From an uncultured Gammaproteobacteria bacterium (GTDB lineage Bacteria > Patescibacteriota > Microgenomatia > CAZXEC01), in the NCBI GenBank assembly GCA_964639595.1, contig CAZXEC010000001.1, positions 88,111-152,110 of the forward strand: a stretch of 64,000 bases of DNA, written 5' to 3'. The first letter of the stretch is position 1, and the number at the start of each line of letters is the position of its first letter. Position numbers and translations under genes: made by a program. Shown here piece after piece: positions 54,176 to 62,399 of this stretch. The notes under the pieces were generated by a model, which saw only the letters and a program-made list of their open reading frames with translations, searched no databases and had not been told where the DNA came from.

Positions 54176-54409
54176 ATGTTTCAAGCGAAGAGGGCAAAAA
54201 AAATTACAATCGGTCAGGATGGAATCTATCTACTTAGACTAGCGCTTGAATCTTTTGAAGTCATTACCGAAGGTTTCAATCGGCAGGTCAATAAATTCCC
54301 AAGTATGCAATCTTCAATAAGGGCAAGAAAGATAATTCCAAAACTTAACAAGGCGATAATCGAAATACGGACAATTATTAAAAGACTTGAGAGAAATCTT
54401 AACTTTTAG
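54176..54409 (+). CDS. Small basic helical hypothetical protein
   Basis: 77-aa ORF starting 12 nt after the GHKL stop, same strand. Confidence 0.5.
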   Translation: MFQAKRAKKITIGQDGIYLLRLALESFEVITEGFNRQVNKFPSMQSSIRARKIIPKLNKAIIEIRTIIKRLERNLNF

Positions 54410-54431
54410 GCTTAAAGATACCTATTATATA

Positions 54432-54487
54432 AAAAGTTCTTTCCTCCTTCGCTAGGGCTACGGAAAGACAGGTAAAATTTTTGCGTG
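54432..54487. repeat. Direct repeat copy 1 (AAAAGTTCTTT-hairpin-AAATTTTTGCGTG)
   Basis: Same 11-bp and 13-bp flanks as 55829-55878; core CCTTCGCTAGGGCTACGGAA. Confidence 0.75.
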
Positions 54488-54490
54488 ATT

Positions 54491-55114
54491 TTATCCTCTT
54501 TTAATCTTTTTCCAAAATCCGTCTGGAACGACCACTAATTTTAGAAAACTTAACCTTACCAGGAGACTATCAGCTGTAACTTCAAATTCTTGAGCCAGAT
54601 CGGGAAAAGTATCTGGAAGATCAAAAACCGAACAGGGGGTTGGAATACGATTTCGGCTCATAAATTGATCCCATCTTTCCTTCAAGACTTTTTCCGGCAT
54701 TAATACCATACTAGCAAAAGTTCTGGCTTGTCTTTCAATATAGTCGAATAACTTATTATCTAATTTCTCCTGCCATGTTATATATGGTTCTAAGCCTTTT
54801 GGGCCATCCTTGCTGTACCATTCTTTGTGAAGATATAAATGACCGATTTCCTCAGCAATAGTAAATCTTATTCGTTCCGGTTGTTTGGTATACATTCCTT
54901 CGTCTATCACGATAGAATCGAAGTTTTGGTTAATAAATGCATTTACTCCAAAATTTTTGATCAATCCACTAATTAAGATAATCCTAAGTCCTAATTTTAA
55001 TTCAGCTATATCCTCAATAGGTACTGGAAGAGTTAAAGAAGGATGACAATTTTCTAAAAATAAATTCGCTTGATTCTTAACGTCCTGAATATTTATCTCG
55101 TTGGGATTTTTCAT
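54491..55114 (-). CDS. ImmA/IrrE (COG2856) Zn-metallopeptidase
   Basis: LPVPIEDIAE, RFTIAEEIGHLYLH (EExxH variant), IERQARTFASMVLMP, LAQEFEVT. Confidence 0.88.
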   Translation of the reverse strand: MKNPNEINIQDVKNQANLFLENCHPSLTLPVPIEDIAELKLGLRIILISGLIKNFGVNAFINQNFDSIVIDEGMYTKQPERIRFTIAEEIGHLYLHKEWYSKDGPKGLEPYITWQEKLDNKLFDYIERQARTFASMVLMPEKVLKERWDQFMSRNRIPTPCSVFDLPDTFPDLAQEFEVTADSLLVRLSFLKLVVVPDGFWKKIKRG

Positions 55115-55501
55115 TCATTTGTCTAGTAGAGTTATTAACTGCTCCAGTTTTTTTCTATCCAGTTTTTTATTTCTCATGGTTCTGAAGAATGCTGGTAGCA
55201 GATCATTTATATTTTCTTGATTTTTTATATCTGTGGGGATTTGTCCTTTGGCTGTATGTGCCAAATCATGAAATTTAATCCATTCTTCAGTGTCACGTTT
55301 TATTTTCAGAGCAGTTGCATATCCTGCTAATTTTTCATCATCTAGCGTAGGCGGCAAGATATTTCTTTCAAGTCTACTGATATTTCCTGGATCATAACCA
55401 TATCTTTCGCAAAACGCACGAAGGGAAAATCCAAGTTCTATTCTCTTTACTCTGAAGAAATCACCGAAATTTTGATTAGAAGCATCTTGAATTTTATTCA
55501 T
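55115..55501 (-). CDS. XRE-family HTH regulator
   Basis: FGDFFRVKRIELGFSLRAFC...DPGNISRLERN; ATG at 55501 preferred; abuts the peptidase gene. Confidence 0.88.
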   Translation of the reverse strand: MNKIQDASNQNFGDFFRVKRIELGFSLRAFCERYGYDPGNISRLERNILPPTLDDEKLAGYATALKIKRDTEEWIKFHDLAHTAKGQIPTDIKNQENINDLLPAFFRTMRNKKLDRKKLEQLITLLDK

Positions 55502-55556
55502 AGTGTTGTAATAATAATACAACACTATTCTAGTATAGACTTTGACAGGTTGTCAA
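55500..55556 (-). promoter_or_regulatory. Promoter and palindromic operator of XRE-peptidase operon
   Basis: Perfect IR ATAGTGTTGTA-N7-TACAACACTAT (55500-55528); minus-strand TTGACA-N18-TAGAAT; second palindrome TTGACA-GGT-TGTCAA (55542-55556). Confidence 0.75.
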
Positions 55557-55569
55557 GTTTTGAAAGGAG

Positions 55570-55812
55570 ATGAAGGTAAAAAATATAATGAATTATAAAT
55601 GTAGATATTGTGGATGGACAGGTCCAAGAAAAGATTTCGAGATTGACCATGTAATCCCAATTGTTAGGTCAATTTTACAGAATATCTTACAGCCAGCGCT
55701 AGATTTAATTTGTTCTGGTTGCAACAGACAAAAAGGCAGAATGACAGGAGCAGGATATATGGAGATTGCTAAATTCATTCGAAGCAAATTTAGGACCAAT
55801 TATCTAAAATGA
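55570..55812 (+). CDS. Minimal HNH endonuclease (start may be 55588)
   Basis: CRYC...EIDHVIP...CSGCNRQKG. Confidence 0.8.
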   Translation: MKVKNIMNYKCRYCGWTGPRKDFEIDHVIPIVRSILQNILQPALDLICSGCNRQKGRMTGAGYMEIAKFIRSKFRTNYLK

Positions 55813-55828
55813 AAAGATTGAATTTTTG

Positions 55829-55878
55829 AAAAGTTCTTTGCCTCGCCTTTGGCGAGGGGCGTGTTAAATTTTTGCGTG
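55829..55878. repeat. Direct repeat copy 2 (AAAAGTTCTTT-hairpin-AAATTTTTGCGTG)
   Basis: Core CCTCGCC-TTT-GGCGAGG perfect hairpin. Confidence 0.75.
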
Positions 55879-55909
55879 TCAAATAATTGGCCTACCGAAT
55901 TTTATCAAA

Positions 55910-55943
55910 TTAACTAATCTCACCTGTTAACTAATCTCACCTG
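55910..55943. repeat. 17-bp perfect tandem duplication
   Basis: TTAACTAATCTCACCTG x2. Confidence 0.9.
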
Positions 55944-55968
55944 GGAAGTGGATTAGCTTGACACCGAT

Positions 55969-56814
55969 TTAAGAAAATTTCAAAATTTGATCAAGTTTGT
56001 TGTTAGGAAATAAGTCTTTTGGATAAATAGAGATAACATTTAACCTTTGTTGTTGCCAGAACTTTTTCTTTCTTGCAATCAAAGCGTCGTATGCTTTAAC
56101 CTCTCCTTTTAATCCAAAAAATTCAATAAGACAGCCATTAACCTTAAAATCGGCAGTCATATTATCCTTACCGTAAGGAATATTTCTATCGTGGAGAATT
56201 TTTCTAGCATAAAACCAATCATCAATAATCTTCTCAGTTAATGAGTCGCATTTGTGTCCATCATTAGCAATATACTTTTTGGCATACTTAACCGGGTTAG
56301 GATTAAAACCTGCAGCTATGATAGCAGCATTCCAGCTACCAAAGCGAAGGCGTGCTGCTTTGTGTTGGCTAAATTCTCTTTTAAGAGGAATCCTTCCAGT
56401 CTTTTTATAGAACGATTGAATTTGCTCAATAATTATTTCTTTTACTATAATTTGACCAGCATTTTTACACGCCTTTGAGCAATACTTCTCTCGACCTTTA
56501 AATTCTTTATTGCAATAACCACACATTTTAATAACAGCATGCCTTTTGGGAAATCTTGAGTTATTTATTGTCGCTGCGCAAGAGCGAGAGCAATAGTAAG
56601 ATCTGGCATTCTTGAGTTCCTTCAATTGCCGTTTGAAGATCTTGCCACAAGAAGGATTAGTGCAGATAAGCGCTTTTTGTTTATTTCTTGCCTTGCTTAT
56701 ACATTCTAGAGAGCAATATATATTCCAGTCAAACTTTTTACCTTCATTGATTCTCCCTTGACTACGAAGAATAATTTTTTTACATCGATCACATTTAACA
56801 GGCAAAAGTTCCAT
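55969..56814 (-). CDS. Triple C4 Zn-finger + homing-endonuclease-associated repeat + PD-(D/E)xK-like nuclease
   Basis: Three C..C...YCS..C units, FGSWNAAIIAAG repeat, DSLTEKII...ADF...IEFFG nuclease core. Confidence 0.75.
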   Translation of the reverse strand: MELLPVKCDRCKKIILRSQGRINEGKKFDWNIYCSLECISKARNKQKALICTNPSCGKIFKRQLKELKNARSYYCSRSCAATINNSRFPKRHAVIKMCGYCNKEFKGREKYCSKACKNAGQIIVKEIIIEQIQSFYKKTGRIPLKREFSQHKAARLRFGSWNAAIIAAGFNPNPVKYAKKYIANDGHKCDSLTEKIIDDWFYARKILHDRNIPYGKDNMTADFKVNGCLIEFFGLKGEVKAYDALIARKKKFWQQQRLNVISIYPKDLFPNNKLDQILKFS

Positions 56815-56815
56815 G

Positions 56816-56889
56816 TCGGGGGAACTGGTTCCGCCCCAGCGACCTCTCGCACCCCATGCGAGTGCTCTAACTATCTGAGCTACCCCCCG
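56816..56889 (-). tRNA. tRNA-Pro(GGG), no encoded CCA, non-canonical D/T loops
   Basis: CGGGGGG/TCCCCCG acceptor with A73, GCTC/GAGC D stem, CTCGC-ATGGGGT-GCGAG anticodon arm, GCTGG-GGCGGAA-CCAGT T arm. Confidence 0.9.
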
Positions 56890-56980
56890 AATATTGTTAT
56901 TTTACCATAAAAGAAGCCTGTTAAATACCAGTTGATTTTTCACCATCAGATGATATACTGCCCCTAAAAGAAAAAAACTT

Positions 56981-58039
<1,059 letters not shown>

Positions 58040-58054
58040 TTTGTTTTTTGCCAA

Positions 58055-58693
58055 ATGCCCAGAATTACTGATATTGCTCCACAGAAAAAACGTCCCAATT
58101 ATTTTAATATTTTTCTGGATGGAAAATTTGCATTTTCTGCCTCTGCCCAAACTGTTGCCGAAAAAAAATTAAAAGTCGGTCAAGAATTATCTGACGTGCA
58201 ACTGGATCATACCCGAAAACAAGTAGGGATAGAAAAACTGCTAACTAAAGCCCTTTTTTTTCTATCTTTCAGGTCCAGATCAGAGCATGAGATCAGACAA
58301 TATCTTGCTCAAAAAATCACCGATGAGAAAGATACCATTTTGGCAGATGAGGTGATTGCCAAACTCAAAAAGATTGGCCAGGTTGATGATTTGGCTTTTG
58401 CCAGAGCGTGGATCGACTCCAGATCTCGTTCCAAACCCAGAAGCTTAAAATTTATTAAATTTGAACTTATTAGAAAAGGGATTGATAGAGCGATAATTGA
58501 CCAAGAACTGTCCCAAGTTGGGCCTGCTGATCAGGTTGAGCTGGCTCTCAAGGTGCTTATCAAAAAAAGGCAAAAATTGCACAAACTCCCGGAAAAAGAG
58601 CAGCAGCTCAAAGCTTGGGGGTATCTCTCGCGCTTAGGGTTTGACTGGGAGACGGCAAAAGTTGCATTTGACCAATTCCGGCAAATCAAGTAG
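58055..58693 (+). CDS. recX: Regulatory protein RecX
   Basis: LSFRSRSEHEIRQYL, DDLAFARAW, ELIRKGI; follows recA. Confidence 0.92.
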   Translation: MPRITDIAPQKKRPNYFNIFLDGKFAFSASAQTVAEKKLKVGQELSDVQLDHTRKQVGIEKLLTKALFFLSFRSRSEHEIRQYLAQKITDEKDTILADEVIAKLKKIGQVDDLAFARAWIDSRSRSKPRSLKFIKFELIRKGIDRAIIDQELSQVGPADQVELALKVLIKKRQKLHKLPEKEQQLKAWGYLSRLGFDWETAKVAFDQFRQIK

Positions 58694-58696
58694 AAT
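58668..58696 (+). promoter_or_regulatory. Promoter for structured RNA / rny
   Basis: TTGACC-N17-TAGAAT. Confidence 0.75.
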
Positions 58697-58710
58697 ATAA
58701 GTTAACTTTC

Positions 58711-58845
58711 GGGCAAGATGAGGCCAAATTATATGATGTATCTTCGAAAGCTCAATTTAATCCCAGCCAAACCTTTGGCTGCTGGCAGACTTTCGCATCG
58801 TGTATAAACTCTCCTTTTAGGAGAGTTTGTTGACCTCATCTTCCC
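58711..58845 (+). ncRNA. Structured RNA upstream of rny (6S RNA candidate or rny leader)
   Basis: Nested stems AAGATGAGG/CCTCATCTT, TATGATG/CATCGTG, CGAAAG/CTTTCG, CAGCCAAA/TTTGGCTG; side hairpin AAACTCTCCT/AGGAGAGTTT. Confidence 0.55.
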
Positions 58846-58875
58846 CTAAGCAGTTTTAAGTTTAAAAAGGAGAGA

Positions 58876-60378
58876 GTGATGATTAATATTTTTGGAAAAA
58901 TTTTTAATGCCAATGAGCCAGATACCAGTAAGGCTCGTCAACAACCGGCCCAAGTAGCACCAATTAGCAAACCGGACGAGTCGGCCAGATCCATGCCACC
59001 GGTCAAAAGTGCTCAAGACGAGGCTCGTCGCATCAAGGAACAAGCAGAAGAAGAAGCCAGAAAGGTCAGACAGGAAGTGCTGGCTCTGGAAACCAGGCTG
59101 GCCCAAAAAGAAGAAGATGTCGATCAAAAACTGCAAAAGTTAGAAGAACAAGAAAGAGCTTTAAGACAGGCAGAAGAACATCTGCAAGGCCAACGAACAG
59201 AAATTAATAATCTCAAACAAGATCTGGTGACGCGATTGGAAAAAGTATCTTCCCTGACCCGGGAAGAAGCCAGAAACTTAATGCTGGCATCTATTGAAGA
59301 AAGACTAGCCGATGATGTCGCCAAACGCATCAAAGAAGCGGAGGAAAAAATCAAGCGTGAATCAGAAAAACTGGCCAAACAAATTTTGGCTGATGCCATG
59401 CTGCATGGGGCGACCGATTATGTGCCGGAGTTTACTGTTTCCCTGGTCAAATTAGCGGATGAGGAAATGAAAGGTAGAATTATCGGCAAAGAAGGCCGCA
59501 ATATCCGTGCCTTTGAACAAGCCACTGGCGTGGATGTGGATTTGGATGAAGAAGGAATCATCAGATTGTCTTCTTTTGACCCGGTGCGTCGAGAAATTGC
59601 CAAGGTGGCTTTAGAAAAACTGATTCGTGACACCAGAATTCAACCATCCAGAATTGAAGAGGTGGTGGCCCAAACTACTCGTGACATTGACAGGACCATT
59701 CACCAGGAGGGTGAAAAACTCTGCCATGTGGTGGGGGTTTATAACCTACCAGGCGATCTGGTCAATATGTTGGGCAGGTTTAAATACAGATTTTCCTACG
59801 GTCAGAGCCTCATTGCCCATACTTTGGAGGAAACCAAAATAGGTATTGCTATTGCCCAAGAGCTCAAAGCTGATGTCAATGTGGTTAAGCTGGGCTGCCT
59901 ATTCCATGATATCGGTAAAATTGTCACCGATGAGGAAGGAACTCATGTGCAACTAGGGGTTGACCTGTTGAAAAAATATCATATTCCTGATGCGGTAGTG
60001 GCTTGTGTGGCCGAACACCATGAGGATCGGCCATTCTCTTCGGTGGAATCGATGATTGTTTATATCGCCGATGCCATTTCCGGTTCTCGTCCAGGCGCCA
60101 GACATGAAAACGTGGAAGAATATATCAAAAGAATGACTGATTTGGAAAACATTGCCAAGTCTTTCAAGGGAGTCAAAGAGGCCTATGCCCTGTCTGCCGG
60201 TCGCGAGGTGAGAGTGGCAGTTGTTCCGGAAGAAGTTGACGACAACCAAGCAGTGAAACTGGCTCATGATATTGCCGATCGGGTTAATAAAGAAGTGATG
60301 GTACCGGGAAATGTCAAGATAACAGTAGTTAGGGAGATCAGAGCCCAAGTTACCACCAGTGCCCACGGTCCCAGATAA
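58876..60378 (+). CDS. rny: Ribonuclease Y
   Basis: Coiled coil, KH MKGRIIGKEGRNIR, HD FHDIGK, ADAISGSRPGAR; no N-terminal TM evident. Confidence 0.96.
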   Translation: MMINIFGKIFNANEPDTSKARQQPAQVAPISKPDESARSMPPVKSAQDEARRIKEQAEEEARKVRQEVLALETRLAQKEEDVDQKLQKLEEQERALRQAEEHLQGQRTEINNLKQDLVTRLEKVSSLTREEARNLMLASIEERLADDVAKRIKEAEEKIKRESEKLAKQILADAMLHGATDYVPEFTVSLVKLADEEMKGRIIGKEGRNIRAFEQATGVDVDLDEEGIIRLSSFDPVRREIAKVALEKLIRDTRIQPSRIEEVVAQTTRDIDRTIHQEGEKLCHVVGVYNLPGDLVNMLGRFKYRFSYGQSLIAHTLEETKIGIAIAQELKADVNVVKLGCLFHDIGKIVTDEEGTHVQLGVDLLKKYHIPDAVVACVAEHHEDRPFSSVESMIVYIADAISGSRPGARHENVEEYIKRMTDLENIAKSFKGVKEAYALSAGREVRVAVVPEEVDDNQAVKLAHDIADRVNKEVMVPGNVKITVVREIRAQVTTSAHGPR

Positions 60379-60449
60379 TTGGAAAAAGTCTTGTGAGATT
60401 TTAGTGTCTTGACAATCAATTTAGGCTGTGTTAAAAATCTGCCAAGGAT

Positions 60450-60483
60450 CCCCACGTCTCCGCCAGCTGGCGGATTTGCGGGG
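60450..60483. repeat. REP-like palindrome in HU leader
   Basis: TCCGCCAGCTGGCGGA perfect palindrome (60459-60474) within CCCCAC...GCGGGG arms. Confidence 0.75.
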
Positions 60484-60492
60484 CAAGTCAAA

Positions 60493-60765
60493 ATGACTAA
60501 AAACGAACTAATTGAAATTGTCGCCAAAAAAGTGGGGCTAACCAAAAGAGCTGCTCGTCAAACCATTGACACTGTTTTTGGCTTGATTGGCCAAAATTTA
60601 TCAAAAGGTGAAAAAGTGGTCATTCAAGGTTTTGGCACCTTTAGAGTCAGGTCCAGATCCGGCCGTCGCGGCCGCAATCCGCAGACTGGGGCTGCCATTC
60701 AAATCGCCTCCCACAAAACTCCCGGTTTTTCTGCCGGTAAAGCCTTAAAAAAAGTTATTAAGTAA
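60493..60765 (+). CDS. hup: DNA-binding protein HU
   Basis: MTKNELIE, GFGTF, GRNPQTG, FSAGKALK. Confidence 0.96.
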   Translation: MTKNELIEIVAKKVGLTKRAARQTIDTVFGLIGQNLSKGEKVVIQGFGTFRVRSRSGRRGRNPQTGAAIQIASHKTPGFSAGKALKKVIK

Positions 60766-60800
60766 ACTCCATTTAGCTCTGCTGTTGATGTTACAATTGA

Positions 60801-61601
60801 ATGCAGGTCTCTATGAGGGCAATTTGGGCGCTTTTCAAAATTCATTGGCTGGAAATTTTTGAATATCGGGTAGACTCCCTGATTTACACGTTAGGGAATA
60901 TCTTATTCCCGCTGGTGATGTTAGTGGTCTGGTTAAAGATTTCTCAAACTTCAGGCAATGAGCTGGCCTATTCTGCAAATCAGCTTACCATATATTATTT
61001 AACTTTAGGATTTGTCCAACTGGTTACTTCAGTTTGGGGTGCCTGGTTTATGAACGAAGACATCAGAAACGGCCGTTTATCAAAATATTTGACTAAACCG
61101 ATCTCCTATTTTTGGTATAGCGCCACTCAAAACATTTCCGAAAAAGCTTTCAGATTATTTATTCTGTTACCCTTTCTGCTGGCAGCATATTTTACTTTTA
61201 AAGTAGATTTTAATTTTAATACCTGGTCGCTGATGTTGTTTTTCATGTCACTGGTCTTGGCGCTTATTTTAAGATTGCTGGTCGATTTTTCCCTGGGCCT
61301 GTTGGCGTTTTGGTTATCGGATAACCGGGCTGCCTTGTCATGTTATCTGCTTTTGGACACGATTTTGTCCGGCCGGGTGATTCCATTGGTCTTTTTTCCG
61401 GCAGCTTTTGGATCTATTTTATACTTCTCTCCCTTTAGATTTTGGGTATCTTTTCCCATTGAAATTATGGTGGGGAAGGCAACTCCCAGTGAAATTTGGC
61501 AGGGATTTATCTTGCAGATCGGCTGGATTCTGATTGCCTTTGTGGTTATGAGGCTAGTTTGGTTTTTTGGTATTCGCGAGTATCAGGCGGTGGGAGCATG
61601 A
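60801..61601 (+). CDS. ABC-2 type permease (DUF990-like)
   Basis: Multi-TM; DIRNGRLSKYLTKP, SGRVIPL. Confidence 0.85.
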   Translation: MQVSMRAIWALFKIHWLEIFEYRVDSLIYTLGNILFPLVMLVVWLKISQTSGNELAYSANQLTIYYLTLGFVQLVTSVWGAWFMNEDIRNGRLSKYLTKPISYFWYSATQNISEKAFRLFILLPFLLAAYFTFKVDFNFNTWSLMLFFMSLVLALILRLLVDFSLGLLAFWLSDNRAALSCYLLLDTILSGRVIPLVFFPAAFGSILYFSPFRFWVSFPIEIMVGKATPSEIWQGFILQIGWILIAFVVMRLVWFFGIREYQAVGA

Positions 61602-62377
61602 GAATCGTCAGAGTTGTCCTGGCATTATTTTTGCAAAATTTAACCAGGGAAATGGAGTTTAAAAATAGTTTTTTTATCAATACTTTTCTTACCATAGGCT
61701 GGTTTGGCTCAACACTGGTGACGGTTTATTTACTATTTCTGCATACTAATAATTTAGCCGGCTGGACTAAGCAGCAGGTATTTTTACTGCTGGGAATTTA
61801 TCGGATTATCGAGTCTGTGGCCAACAGTTCTTTCAGGGCTAATTTTGAAAGGCTGCCATATTGGATAGAAAATGGCGAGTTGGACCTGTTTTTAACCAAG
61901 CCGGTTCCTACTCAATTGTTGTTGAGTTTTAGATACTTTCGGATTTTTGAATTGCCCAATTTATTGGCTGCCATCGGCCTGGTGGTTTGGGCGCTAGTTC
62001 AAACAGGTTTTACTATATCGAATGTATTTTTGGGGATAATATTTACATTTTTGGGCCTGTTGATCTTGTATGCCTTATGGTTTGCTATTTCCCAGATTGC
62101 TTTTTGGACCACCAGGCTGACCTCTTTGTGGGAAATATTTAATTTAACTCAAACTCCCGGCATGGTGCCGATTTCTGTTTACGAAGGGACAGTCCGCTTT
62201 ATATTGACTATTATTATCCCGGTGGCTTTTGTGACCACTGTTCCTGCCCAGGCTTTTGTGGGCTTGTTGTCTTGGCAGTATGCTCTAGGGGCAATTATAA
62301 TTTGTGCCGCTTTCTTATATGGATCAAACAGATTATTTCGTGTGGCACTGCGCACATATTCAAGCGCCAGTTCATAA
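61598..62377 (+). CDS. ABC-2 type permease (DUF990-like)
   Basis: GELDLFLTKP, IPVAFVTTVPA, YSSASS; ATGA overlap. Confidence 0.87.
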   Translation: MRIVRVVLALFLQNLTREMEFKNSFFINTFLTIGWFGSTLVTVYLLFLHTNNLAGWTKQQVFLLLGIYRIIESVANSSFRANFERLPYWIENGELDLFLTKPVPTQLLLSFRYFRIFELPNLLAAIGLVVWALVQTGFTISNVFLGIIFTFLGLLILYALWFAISQIAFWTTRLTSLWEIFNLTQTPGMVPISVYEGTVRFILTIIIPVAFVTTVPAQAFVGLLSWQYALGAIIICAAFLYGSNRLFRVALRTYSSASS

Positions 62378-62399
62378 GGTATATAATGGTAAAAAGCAT

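Larger units (their letters stand above)
51269..56814. mobile_element. AT-rich accessory island between rpsI and tRNA-Pro (no integrase seen)
   Basis: Visible shift to AT-rich sequence and AGA/ATA/TTA codons; only non-core genes; mixed orientation; abuts a tRNA 3' end. Confidence 0.6.

Noticed and set aside
55502-55525. MLYYYYNT N-terminus of the XRE protein
   Set aside because: Comes from translating the operator palindrome; ATG 55501 is the better start.
54432-55878. Canonical integron with attC sites
   Set aside because: GTTRRRY occurs in only one copy, no convincing RYYYAAC partner and no integrase in the window; kept only as a cassette-like hypothesis.
55829-55956. CRISPR array
   Set aside because: Only two-copy repeats, no regular repeat-spacer pattern and no cas genes.
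51269-56889. Prophage or classical tRNA-integrated element with attL/attR
   Set aside because: No integrase or phage structural genes, and no duplicate of the tRNA 3' end or rpsI end found by eye.
60409-60492. N-terminal extension of HU in the ORF track
   Set aside because: Read-through of the promoter and palindrome; HU homology starts at ATG 60493.
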